Shown here: positions 52,152 through 64,000 of the stretch, piece by piece | Numbering within the stretch: position 1 is the first letter of the stretch | Layout: the number at the start of each line of letters is the position of its first letter | Assembly (NCBI RefSeq): GCF_018350175.1 | Contig: NC_058368.1 | Location: 30,816,001-30,880,000 of the forward strand | DNA: 64,000 bases | Direction: 5' to 3' | Origin: Felis catus | Taxonomy: Eukaryota | Program-made: the position numbers and the translations under genes | Notes under the pieces: model-generated | What the model saw: only the letters and a program-made list of their open reading frames with translations | Databases searched by the model: none | What the model was told of the DNA's origin: nothing

Positions 52152-55100
52152 TAATCCCCCCAATCCCAGCTATTAGTCTTTTGGCTATTATTCTAAATTA
52201 TTGTTCAGATAAATTTTTCATATCTGTTTAATTCTCTGGCTGTCATTCTTCCTGGAATTTCTTTTAAGGAGAATTCTTTCATTTTGTCATTTTGGCTAGG
52301 TTTCTGTCTTTTGTGTGTTTCAATGGCTTGTTATGTGTCTTGTACCTGTGAGTGCTACTATATTAAAAAAGGGTGATACACTGTCCAGGGCCTATCACTT
52401 CAGGAAGGGTTTGTGTAGCGTGTTGCATGCACTCTGTTGTTGCATCTTTGTTCTATCCCACTGCTCATAGTGGTGGATTGTTTGGACCTTCCACCAGGTG
52501 TGCCTTGATTTGTGTGTTGAAGTAATCCTGCAAACAAGAAAAAAGGGAGAGGGAACTTTATCCAATACAAAGAAATGAAAGGGGGGAAAACAAAAAAACA
52601 ACCCTAAAACAAAACAAAACAAAAACCATGGAATCAAAGAAACTATAATGCTTAATCCAGAGAGAGAGAGAGAGAGAGGAAAATAAAAAAAGAGGTACAG
52701 AAAAAGTGTAAAAAGAATAGAGTAAAAATGCCTGATTAAACAGAACAGAGAAAGAAAGAAAAAAGATATTTTACATACATATACGATATATATCATATAT
52801 ATATATTTTAAGAACTGACCAAAAATCAAATCAGAAACTGAGTCTGATTCCAAAGGGAAGAAGAAAAAAGGTTGAGAGAAGAAGAAGGGAAGAGAGAAGA
52901 AAAGGAAAGAGATAATCATCATCAGTATCATCATCATAATTAAAAAAAAAAAACACAGACTAACATACAAAACCACAGGACGTTTGTCTGTTGATGCCTG
53001 GGACGGGTGGCTGTGCTGGTCTGGAGGAGACGTCACCTGATTCGGTCAATGTCAATCTCGCTCCAATAGATAAGCAGTTATCAGGTATGGAGGGGCAAGG
53101 TTTGGTGTAAGGGGGTCCCACTTCCACTGGGAGTCTGTTTTCCTGTCCCTGAAGTCCCACCATGGGACATCCACAGCCTCTCTTTCTGTTCCTTTTTCTG
53201 TCTCTCCACAAAAGGGGCCCCTTCCCCTCTGTGCTTACACCACCTGTTGCTTTTTCTCTCCCATTTCACAAACACACACCTCTGTCTCAGTGCACCTTAA
53301 GTTAGCCCTGGAGACAACAGTGTTGGCAGGAATAGTGCTCTCCACCCCAAAAGGGGTGGCCCCCAGCTCCAGAGCCACATCCATGGATCCCCACTCCCCA
53401 GCTCTCACCTGAGATGGCCCTGCTCCCAGAAGATCTCAATCCCTCCAACAATGCCAAGCTCCCTCCAAAATCTATACCAACCCTTCTTGATCCATTTATC
53501 TGTCGATGGACATTTGGGCTCTTTCCATAGTTTGGCTATTGTACATAACACTGCTATAAACATTGAGGTCCATGTGCCCCTTTGAATCAGTAGTTTTGTA
53601 TTCTTTGGGTGAATACCTAGGAGTGTAATTGCTAGGTTGTAGGGTAGTTCTATTTTTCACTTTTTGAGGAACCTCCACACTGTTTTCCAGGGTGGCTCCA
53701 CCAGTTTGCATTCTAACCAACAGTGTAAAAGTGTTCCCCCTCTGTGTATCTTCACCAACACCTGTTCTTTCCTCTGTTGTTTATTTTAGCCATTCTGACA
53801 GGTGTGAGGTGGTATCTCATTGTAGTTTGGATTTGTATTTCCCCAATGATGAGTGAGACGTTTGGCATCCTTTCATACATACGTTACCCTTCTAGATGTC
53901 TTCTTTGGAAAAATGTCTGTTCATGTCTTCTTCCCATTTCTTCCTGGATTATTTGTTTTTTTGGGTGTTGCGTTTGATAAGTTCTTTGCAGATATTGGAT
54001 ACTAACCCTTTATTAGATAGGTTATTTGCAAATATCTTCTCCCATTCCAAAGGTTGCCTTTTAGTTTTGTTGATTGTTTCCTTCACTGTGCGTAGGCTTT
54101 TTATGCCTATGCCCCTTGATGAGGTCCTAATACTTCAGGTTTGCTTTTGTTTCCCTTGCCTCAGAAGATATATCCAGTAAGAAGTTCGTATAGCTGATGT
54201 CATAGAGGCCTCTTTTCTTCTCTAGAATTTTGATGGTTTCCTGTCTTACATTTAGGTCTTTAATCCATTATGAATTTATTTTTGTGTATGGTGTAAGGAA
54301 GTGGTCCAATTTCATCCTTTAGCATATTGCTGTCCAATTTTCCTAACACTGTTTGTTGAAGAGACTGTCTCTTTTCCATTGGATATTCTTTCCTGCTTTG
54401 TCAAAGGTTAGTTTACCATATTGTTGTAGGTTCATTTCTGCGTTTTCTATTCTGTTCCATTGATCCATGTGTCTGTTTTTGTGCCAGTACCATAGTATAA
54501 TGATCACTACAGCTTTGTAATATAACTTGGAGTCCGGAATTGTGAGACCCCCAGCTTTGCTTTTCTTTTTCAAGATTGCATTGACTATTCAGGGTCTTTT
54601 GTGGTTCCACACATTTTACATTATTGTAGCTCTGTGAAAAATGCTGGTGGTATTTTGATAGGGATTGCATTAGCTGCGTAGATTTCTTTGGCTAGTAAAA
54701 CATTTTAACAATATTCTTCCAATCCATGAGCATGGGATGGTTTCCATTTCTTTGTGCCATCTTTGATTTCTGTCCTCTGTGTTGTATAGTTTTCAGTGTA
54801 CATATCCTTTATCTCTTTGGTTAGGTTTATTCCTAGGTATTTTAAGATTTTAATACAATTGGAGACACAATAGATTCCTTGATTTCTCTTTCTGCTGCTT
54901 CATTATTGGTGTATAGAAATGCAACAGGTTATCGTACATTGATTTTGTTTCCTGTGACTTTACCAAACTCATGTATTAGCTCTAGCAATTTTTTGGTGGA
55001 ATATCTAGATAGAGTATCATGTCTACAAATAGTGAAAGTTTGACTTTCCTTGCTGATTTGGATGCCTTTTATTTCTTTTTGTTGTCTGATTGCTGAGGCT

Positions 55101-55344
55101 AGGACTTCTCCTATGTTAAATAACAATGGTGAGAGTGGACATCCCGGTCTTTTTTCTGGCCATAAACAAAATCTCTGTTTCTTCCCATTGAGGATGATAT
55201 TAGCTGTGGGTTTTTCCTACATGACCTTTATGGTATTGAGGTATGTTCCATGTGCCCCTGTTTGTTGAGGGTTTTTGTCAGCATGGGTGCTGTATTTTGT
55301 CAAATGCTTTCTTGCATTTATTGAGAGGGCCATATGGTTATTCT

Positions 55345-56949
55345 GTTTGTTTGTTCAAAAGTAGAATTTAGTGACTCATCATTCATGTTTAACACCCAGT
55401 GCTCATTCCAAAAAGTGCCCTGTTTAATACCCATCACCCATTTGACCCATTTGCCCACCCAATATGCCTCCAGCAACCCTCAGTTCTCTGTTTTGAGAGT
55501 CTCTTATGGTTTGCATCCCTCTGTGTTTTTATCTTAATTTTCCTTCCCCCCTTTTATGTTCATCTGTTTTGTTTCTTAAATTCCACATGAGTGAAATCCT
55601 ATGATTTATCTTTCTCTGACATTATTTCACTTAGCATAATATAATCTAGTTCCATTCATGTTGTTGAAAATGACAAGATTTCATTCTTTTTGACTACCAA
55701 GTAACATTCCATTGTATATACATACCACATCTTCTTTATCCACTCATCAGTCAATGGACATTTGGACTCTTTCAATACTTTGGCTATTATTGATAGTACT
55801 GCTGTAAACATCAAGGTGCATGTGCCCCTTTGAATCAGCATTTTTGTATCCTTTGGCTAAATACCTATTAGTGTAATTGCTAGGTCTTAGGGTAGTTCTA
55901 TTTTTAATTTTTTGAGGAACCTCCACATTATTTTCCAGAGTGGCTGCACCAGTTTGCACTCCCACCAGCAGTGCAAAAGGGTTCCCCTTTCTCTGCATCC
56001 TTACCAATATCTGTTGTAGCCTGTGTTGTTAATTTTAGCCATTCTGACAGGTGTGAGAATGTAGTTTTGATTTGTTTTTCTCACGTAAATCATTGTGGTT
56101 TTGATTTGTATTTCTCTGATGATGAGTGATGTTGAGCCTCTTTTCATGTGTCTGTTAGCCATCTGGATGTCTTATTTTGGAAAGTGTCTATTCATCCCTT
56201 TTGCCCATTTCTTCACTGGATTATTTGTTTTTTGGGTGTTGGGTTTGATAAGTTCTTTACAGATTTTGGATTCTAACCCTTTATCTGATTTGTCATTTGC
56301 AAATACCCTCTCCCATTGCATAGGTTGCCTTTTATTTTTCTTGATTGTTTCCTTTGTTGTGCAGAAGCTTTTTATCTTGATGAGGACCCAATAGTTCATT
56401 TTTACTTTTGTTTCTCTTGCCTCCAGATACGTGTCAAGTAAGAAGTTGCTGCGGCTGAAGTCAAAGAGGTTGTTGCCTATTCTCTCCTCTAGGATTTTGA
56501 TGGTTTCCTTTCCCACATTTAGGTCTTTGTTCATTTTGAGGGGTTTTTTTTAGTGTTTATTTATTTTTGGGAGCAAGAGGGTGAGCAGGGGAGAGGCAGA
56601 GAGAGAGGGAGACACAGAATCTGAAGCAGGCTCCAGACTCTGAACTGTCAGCACAGAGCCCGATGCGGGGCTTGAACTCACAGACAGACTTCATGACCTG
56701 AGCCAAAGTCAGACACTTTACTGACTGAGCCACGCAGGTGCCCCCATTTTGAGTTTATTTTTATGTATGATGTAAGAAAGTGGTCCAGGTTCATTCTTCG
56801 GCATGTTACTGTCCAGTTTTCTCAGCACCATTTGTTGAAGACATTGTCTTTTTTCCATTGGATATTCTTTTCTGCTTTGTCAAAGAATAGTTGACCAGAC
56901 ATTTGTGAATCCATTTTTTGGTTTTCTGTTCTGTTCCATTGATCTATGT
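55345..56949 (-). mobile_element. 5'-truncated L1 (L1-C) nested in L1-A ORF2
   Basis: New 3'UTR starts at about 55345; ORF2 C-terminal pieces ([13 protein letters not shown]); L1-A resumes in register at 56950; short TSD gttattct at 55337-55344 and 56950-56957. Confidence 0.88.
56541..56744 (-). mobile_element. Can-SINE inside L1-C
   Basis: TSD cattttgag at 56532-56540 and 56745-56753. Confidence 0.94.
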
Positions 56950-59900
56950 GTTATTCTTTCTTTTATTAAAGTGGTGTATCACACTGACAGTATTGATTTG
57001 TGAATATTGAACCATCCTTGCAGTCCAGAAATAAATCCCACTTGATTGTCATGAATGACTCTTTCAATGTACTGTTGGATTTGATTTGCTAGTTGAGAAG
57101 TTTTGCATCCATGTTCATTAAGGACATTGGCCTGTAGATCTCTTTTTTACTGTAGTCTTTGGTTTTGACCTCAGGGTAATGCTGGCCTCCTAGAATGAGT
57201 TTGGAAATTTTCCTTCCATTTTTATATTTGGAATACTTTGAGAGAGTTGTTATTAACTCTTCTTTAAATGTTTGGTAGAATTCTCCTGGGAAGCCATCTG
57301 GCCCGGGACTTTTGTTTGTTGGGAGTATTTGGATTACTGATTCATTTTCTTGGCCAGTTATCTGTTCAAGTTTTCTATTTCTTCCTGTTTCAATTTTGGT
57401 AGCTTATATGATTCTAGAAATTTATCCATTTCTTCTAGATTGTCCAGTTTGGTGGCATATAGTTTTTCATAATTTTCTTTTATAATTTTTTATATTTATG
57501 TGGTATTGGTTCTTTCTCCTCTCACATTTGTGACTTTATTTGGATCCTTTCTTTTTTTTTTCTTTATTAGTCCTGCTAATACATTCCTATCAATTTTAAT
57601 TTTTTTTTCAGAGAACCAGCTCTTTATTTCATTGATCTGTTCTACTGTTTTTTTGTTTGTTTTTGTTTTTGTTTTGTTTTTATGTCATTTATTTCTGCTG
57701 TAATCTTCATTTCCCTTCTTTTGTTGGCTTTAGGTTACATTTGTTGTTTTTTGTCAGGCTCCTTTATGTGTAAGTTTAGGTTGTGTATTTGAGACTTTTC
57801 TTCTTGAGGTAGGCCTGTGTTACTATATACTTGGCTCTTATGACTCCTTTTGCTGCATTCCATTGGTTTGGGGACCGTCATCTTTTCATTTTCACTTGTT
57901 TCCATGTTTGTTTGCTTGTTTTTTTGTTGTTTTACTTAATTTCCTCGTTGAACCATTCATTCTTTAGTAGCATGTTCTTTAACCTCCATGTATTTGTGTT
58001 CTTTCCAAATTTTTTCTTGCTGTTGACTTCAAGTTTCTGGCATTGTGATCAGAAAAAATGCATGGTATGATCTCTGTCTTGTTGTATTTGTTGAGGCCTA
58101 ATTTGTGACCCCATTTGTGATCTGTTCTGGAGAATATCCCATGTGTACTTGAAAAGAATGTGTATTCTGTTTTAGGATGAAATAATCTGAATGTATCTTT
58201 TAAGTCCATCCAGTTCTGTGTGTCATTCAAAGCCATTGTTTCCTTGTTGATTTTCTGCTAAGATGTTCTGTCTATTGCTGTAAACGGGGTGTTACAGTCC
58301 CCTACTAGTATCATATTATTATCAATGAGTTCCTTTATGTTTGTTATTAATCATTTTATGTAACTGGGTGCTTTCAAGTTGGAGGCATGAATATTTACAA
58401 TTGTTAGATCTTCTTTTTGGGTAGTCCCCTTTATTCTGATTTAGTGGCCTTAATCCCTTGTTACAGTCTGGTTTAAAATCTAGTTTTTCTGATATAAGTA
58501 GGCTACTCTTTCTTTTGACATACATTTGCATGCTAAATGATTATCCACCCCCTCACTTTCATCTGCAGGTGTCTTCAGGTCTAAAATGAGTCTCTCGTAG
58601 GCAGCATATAGATGGGTCTTTTTTTTTTTTATCCATTCTGAAACCCTATGTCTTTCAATTGGAGCATTTAGTCCCTTTACATCACAATAATTATTGATAG
58701 ATATATATTTAGTGCCATTTTATTACCTGTTTTGTCATTTCTGGCGATTTTTTTTCCTAGTCTGTTACTTCTGTTCATTCCTTCCCACCCAAAACCAAAA
58801 CAAAACAGCTTTAATATTTCTTGCGGGGCTCATTTAGTGGTTGTGAATTCCTTTAGTTTTTGTCTGGGAAACTCTTTATCTCTCTTTGTATTGTTAATGA
58901 TACCCTTGCTGGATATAGTATTCTTGGCTGCATATTTTTCCCGTTCAGCACATTAAATATGCCACTTCATCTGGCTTGCCACGTTTCTGTGGAGAGATCT
59001 ACTGCTAACCTTATTTGTTTTTGCTTGTAAGTTAGGGAATTCTTTTGTCTTGTTACTTTTAGGATTTTTTCCTTATGTCCATATTTTGTAAATTTTACTA
59101 TGATATATCTTGGTGTTGGCCTGCTTTTGTTGATTTTAGTGGGAGTTCTCTGTTGCTCCTGGATTTGGATATACGTTTCCTTCTTCAGATTAGGGAAGTT
59201 TTTAGCTATTATTTCCTAAAATAAAACTTTTGCCCTCTTTTCTCTCTCTTCTTCTGGGACTCTTATGATATGAATGTTATTATGTAGGATGGAGTCACCA
59301 TGTTCCTTAAGTCTACTCTCTGATCCATCATTCTTCCTTCTCTCTTTTGTTCAGTTCAATTATTTTCCATAATTCCTATCGTCTGTATCACTTATTCATT
59401 CCTCTACTTCTTCTGTCATTTCAGTCATTACATCCAGTCAGTTTTAAATCTCAGTTATTGCATTTTTTTATTCTGCCTGATTGTTCTTTAGCTTGATTAT
59501 CTCTGTGGTAAAGGTCTCCCTGCTATCTTCCATGCTTTTTTCAAGCCCAATGAGTATCCTTATGATAGTTGCTTTAAATTCTACATTAGGCACATTACTT
59601 ACATCTTTTTCAGTTAGATTCCTGGCCGTGATGTTTTCTTATTCTTTTTGGGGGAATGAATTTCTCTGTCTTGGAATTTTGTCTAGGTTTCTGTCTTCTT
59701 CTCTGTGTTACAAAATCCTATTATGTTTCCTGCTCCTGAGAATAATGGCTTTATGAAGACGAGATCCTATAGGTCCCAAGGCCTGGCACTTCAGGAAGTA
59801 TCTCTGGTGTGTGCTGCATGCACTCTGCTGCTGTGTTTTAGCTGCTGTATCCCTTAGATCAATAGTCTGCAGAGGTTATCCTTGCCTGTAGTGGGCAGTG

Positions 59901-61037
59901 TTTGGACCTTGGACTTAGTGTGGTGAGTTTTAACCAAGTGTGCTCTGGTCGACTTATTAAATGAGACCTGATGCTACTTCCACTAGAATAGAAGTTTTGC
60001 AGAACTCTATGATCAGTAGGCATGGTGTATATAGGAGTTTGTCCTGGTCTTCTGGGGAAAGGCCCTGCTGCACTGGTCCTTAGGCACACTTGCCTGAGAA
60101 AAGCAGTTACAGCAGAGCTCAGGGGGGAGGGACTTGGGCAGGTTAGGCAGCCATTTTTGGCTCTGTGCTGCTTTTCTGAAGTTAGTTGGTGCTGAGGGGC
60201 AGGGGAAGGAAATGGCACCAACCAGCTCCTTTTACCCCAGAGAGGGAGTTCGTTTTTGCTACTCTCAGGAAAGCCCTCCCATAAGAGCAAATTATTTCCC
60301 CTCATGCATCCTAGGCATTTTTTCAGATCGCTGTTTTCACATTGTCTTTCTCCATGTTGCTTGCCTACCTTGGGCAGCACAGCACACATTGAGGTCTATC
60401 CTAGTCAGGCCAGCTGACTTTTCAAAATCCAAACTTCAAAGACCTGGTATGGTGAGGACCTGTGCTGGTCTTCTGGTGGAGGGTCTCATTGTGCTGGTAC
60501 TGGTGCAAGAGAGCACAGGGTGAAGGGATTTGGAGCAAAGCTGGCTAAGGAGTCCATGTCTGGGTTAGCAGCCATCAGCAGGTGCCTTCGCACCTACGCT
60601 GAAGGGCAAGGGAGGGAAATGGACACTGTGGGTTCTTTTGTCCGTGGAGATGCAATGGCAGCTCTCACAGATGTGCTCTAAGAAGAGGGAACAGTCTCTC
60701 CCCATGTGCCTTAGGTGATCCTCAGATCATACTGTTTGTTCCGGGGTTGCTTAGGTGCCTTCTCTCCAGGAATAGGGAAGAGCTCTTAGGGTCCTATCCC
60801 AGCCAAGCCCATGGACCTCTGAAATTCCAGTCTTTGAGGCCTCCATAGCACTTGTGATCCATTTCTCCCCCATACTCTGTCTCCATACCTCCTACCTTCT
60901 TCAATGTGGCCTCTTCTCTCTAGTTGTGCAGTTTGTTCTGTCAGTCCTCAGGTCTATTTCTTGGGTATTCAGATGAGTTGATAGTTATCTGGCTGTGTTC
61001 AATGTATGAAGCAAGTCTAGGGTCCTCCTCCTATGCT

Positions 61038-61045
61038 GCCATCTT
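61038..61045 (-). promoter_or_regulatory. YY1-type motif at the 5' end of L1-A
   Basis: gccatctt (AAGATGGC on the minus strand) about 10 nt from the purine-rich L1 start, the usual position in mammalian L1 promoters; activity unknown. Confidence 0.55.
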
Positions 61046-61311
61046 AGCTTCCCCCCATTTTTTTATTCTTAAGCATGATCTGGTCCTGCCTCTCTTGGAT
61101 CATAGTACTAGGAAGATGTAGTCTGCATTTGTTGTTTGATGCATCTTCTAATACATTGTCTTGGTCTTGGAGTTTAGGGTGAAGATATGATTACATAAAA
61201 GATTTTATATACACTCCTTATTTTTGTGTTTTGGTAGATAATGTGTGTGCTTTTACAATTTTTTTTTGTAAACATACTGTCTTCAAAATTATAGTGAATA
61301 AAAATTCTCCT

Positions 61312-61472
61312 GGGGCACCTGAATGGCTCAGTCAGTTAAGCATCCAACTTCGGCTCAAATCATGATCTTGCAGTTTGTGAGTTTGAGCCCCATGTCGGGC
61401 TCTGTACTGATGTCTCAGAGCCTGGAGCCTGCTTCAGGTTCTGTGTCTCCCTCTCTCTCTACCCTTTCCCCA

Positions 61473-61532
<60 letters not shown>

Positions 61533-61557
61533 AATAAATATTAAAAGTACTAAAAAA
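61312..61557 (+). mobile_element. Can-SINE with expanded (CT)n
   Basis: ggggcacctgaatggctcagtcag head; TSD-like aaaaattctcct / aaaagttttcct. Confidence 0.93.
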
Positions 61558-61840
61558 TAAAAGTTTTCCTTAGATGTTGTTTTTTGGACTCATATCCACT
61601 TTTCAATTGTGATATGTATTCTTTCTTCGTGTTACATAAACAGATGTAGTTTATGGGTATTCTTAGACTACCCCATCTTACCATAACACACGTGCACCCA
61701 TACATGCATGGAGACATCTTTGACCCATTTCTATATCTTCTCTTCCATGGCTTTTCATAGAGTCTGGCCTTGCCAGGTAGGAAACAAAAGTATCGAAGGG
61801 AAAGGAGAGAACAGTAGGATCCAGCTTTGACAAAGGTTAT

Positions 61841-62329
61841 TATAGGAAGACAATTCTCCACGGATCTCACATTTTCGCATGTCTTGTGAATGAGGCACTC
61901 AATGTTATTTGCTCTAGACTATGTTTGAAATGTTTAGATAGTGTATAGCCTTGGTGGACATAGTGTCTCCCTCTGGAGCAAAGGGAAGTTGTGTTTAATG
62001 TCCATTAAAGTAAGATAATATCTTTCTCTGGAGCAAAGGACAGATGTGCATTATAAACTCTTTTAGTTCCCTAAGTTCAGTGTTCCTCTCCTATGATGCA
62101 ATCCTCTGGCTTGTTATCTGGCATTCTTTGCATCACTTGCTTGGAATCGGGATTGGAGAAATGTGTGCAATGTGGACACTCTGGCTATTACTTTAGCTGT
62201 GAGTGGTAAATTATTCTTTATCTCTGACCCAAGAGTCTCCCATCTTCTGCCAGCCTCCATGAAACTGTGAAGGCTAACTTTTTAGCTTGAAAGTAGGATA
62301 AAATCTGAGATGCTTTACAGTTGTTGACA
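61841..62329 (+). mobile_element. ERVL-class solo LTR, LTR40-like
   Basis: agacaattctccacggatctc start, duplicated ctctggagcaaagg, tctctgacccaagagtctc, ends aaaatctgagatgctttacagttgttgaca; 5 bp TSD-like gttat / gttaa. Confidence 0.8.
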
Positions 62330-63324
62330 GTTAAATAAAATTCTTTTGGTTGAGGAGATGAAAGAACAGGTGTAGTGTATGAAGGCAAAAAGGAGAAATG
62401 AGAAATACTGAGGTCTGTGTTTACTTTGTAGTCACCAAGAAATACATGTAAAGGGTTTTAGTTATTTTGGGGCTACCTCTGGAGGCATGATATATATGTG
62501 TAGATCTATGTGTATGTGTTTTTTTTGAACTACAAGAACATTTCAGGAATGATTCAGTTCAGAGCTTTATAAGCATTACATGGGTATCTTCATTGGCATT
62601 TTAATGTGGAGTTGAAGAAATTAAGGTATTATTAGCTGGGTACTTTCTTAAACTAAAAATGTCATGGTTCTATTTAATATTCAATTATAGTTTCAGTAGC
62701 TCAGATTCTGTCTTCTTTCACTGTATCATTATCAGCTCAGCACTTTCTCAAAAGAAAAAAGAACTTAATCTCTCTCCAGAACTTATACATGTATACATGC
62801 ATTGAGATTTCCTGTATCCTAGATCTACCAAAGGAATAAGAGTCCCTTAAACAGTATTTATTGAAAGACTATTGGTATATGCAATTAAATCAGTCACTTG
62901 GAAATAATATAATAGGTTATTATCTCCTAGGGGTCTACAATCTAAAGAAGTTGTGATAAATTATCAGCATTAAAAGAATATACTAACATATTAAAACAGA
63001 GAGTTGAGAGTCATTATCACTCATTATGCATCCGACACTAAGAATGACTAAGATGAATTAGGCTAGAGGCTGTCAATGCCTTTGGATTTACCAATAACCA
63101 CTTATGCCACATTTAATGATTGATTTTTTAAGTGTTTTCAGAATTATAAGAAGATGAAACAGATAATTCTGTATGGAAAATTGAATACATTCAGTCTTTG
63201 AAAGCCATTTGTGTATACAGTTTAGTGAATTTTAAAAACACTTATTCACCTAAAATATGTTTCCTCTCCCTGGAGCCTCTCCCTCCACCCACCTTCAGCC
63301 AACTGCCTTCTAATTCTTAGCTCC

Positions 63325-63520
63325 TTTTGGGCATCTCAGAGAAAATCTCTCCTTCCCCAAACTATCTTAGCCTTCTTCCCAGCTTCCAGAGTCCACTGTG
63401 CCTCCTACTATCATAGCATTTACCATGAGATGCTACCATTGCCACTTTATTTTTTGCTTTTTCTATTAGACCATAATATTCATGAAGGCAAGGATGTCTT
63501 GTATACCATTTAGATCCACA
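63325..63520 (+). mobile_element. L2 3' fragment
   Basis: ctatcatagcatttacca, ctattagaccataatattcatgaaggcaaggatgtcttgt. Confidence 0.65.
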
Positions 63521-63584
63521 ATATGTGTTTTTGAATTAGTTACTCTGTAATTAAACAAAAGCCATGCTAAATGCCACGTGCTGT

Positions 63585-63795
63585 TGTAGACTTAATCTGT
63601 GAACAGTAAAAGGGCATTAGTAGAAAAACTGATGTCTGAATAAAATCCATTAATAATAAAGTTGAGTTAATACTGTGTCAATGTTTTTTTTCTTAATTTT
63701 GATAAATATAACAGTTAAACAAGATGCTAACATTAGGGAAAGCTGCATGACAAGGATAATGCATCTAAACTAAAAAAAAAGTTTATTTAAAAATA
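63585..63795 (+). mobile_element. Old L1 3' terminus (L1MC/MD-like)
   Basis: cattagtagaaaaactg, caagatgctaacattagggaaagctg, aaaaagtttatttaaaaa. Confidence 0.65.
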
Positions 63796-64000
63796 TGGGA
63801 ATAATAATAACAACAACTACTACAACTATTCTTACTGCTACTACTGTATCGTCAGATTGCATCCACAAAATTCCACAATCCGAATGGTCCTGCGCCTCAC
63901 CTGCTCTAGCTAGAAATGAAACACGTTGCAAGTTTCTGATCTAATCGTTTATTAAATACCACTGTTCCCCCACTGAATCTATCTGGCTGTGTGTAGAAAT

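Larger units (their letters stand above)
46055..53470 (-). mobile_element. Near-full-length decayed L1 (L1-B) nested in the 3' part of L1-A
   Basis: Own polyT and 3'UTR at 46066, ORF2 fragments ([45 protein letters not shown]), ORF1 C-terminus (QPRILYPARLSLRIEGEIK, 51172-51417), 5'UTR to about 53470; no clear TSD. Confidence 0.9.
45627..61056 (-). mobile_element. Outer near-full-length decayed carnivore L1 (L1-A); own pieces about 45627-46050, 53475-55344 and 56950-61056
   Basis: 3'UTR at 45.64-46.05 kb resumes in register at about 53475 (ttcttgatccatttatctgtcgatggacatttgggc); ORF2 and ORF1 remnants; 5' end gccatcttagcttcccccc; candidate TSD tttttattctt at 45616-45626 and 61060-61070 followed by aa. 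Confidence 0.85.

Noticed and set aside
52395..53036. 213-aa hydrophobic ORF resembling a membrane protein
   Set aside because: Translation of low-complexity T-rich sequence in the L1-B 5'UTR.
59859..60523. Overlapping 176-aa and 129-aa ORFs
   Set aside because: They lie in the decayed L1-A 5'UTR and show no recognisable domain.

Overview
AT-rich mammalian non-coding DNA, almost certainly from a felid (cat-like) genome: it carries about 29 tRNA-derived Can-SINEs of the feline SINEC_Fc type and L1 3' ends of the feline L1_Fc type. I find no intact protein-coding gene, RNA gene or CpG island; the listed ORFs are SINE, microsatellite or chance ORFs, or broken L1 ORF1/ORF2 pieces. The window is a layered transposon record: old L1M, L2 and MIR fragments, four solo LTRs (two MLT1-like, one MER34-like, one LTR40-like) and young insertions with intact target-site duplications (TSDs). 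Highlights: (1) a 15.4 kb nested L1 stack at 45.6-61.1 kb; (2) a near-perfect in-frame 3 x 132 bp triplication inside a decayed L1 ORF2; (3) a SINE joined to an L1 3' end under one TSD, with a younger SINE inserted at the junction; (4) a microhomology-deleted SINE next to an inverted SINE; (5) a repeat-poor block at about 28-33 kb with clustered GATA and homeodomain motifs. I cannot support a new biological system from this sequence. Subfamily names are recognised by eye, and boundaries without a TSD are approximate.
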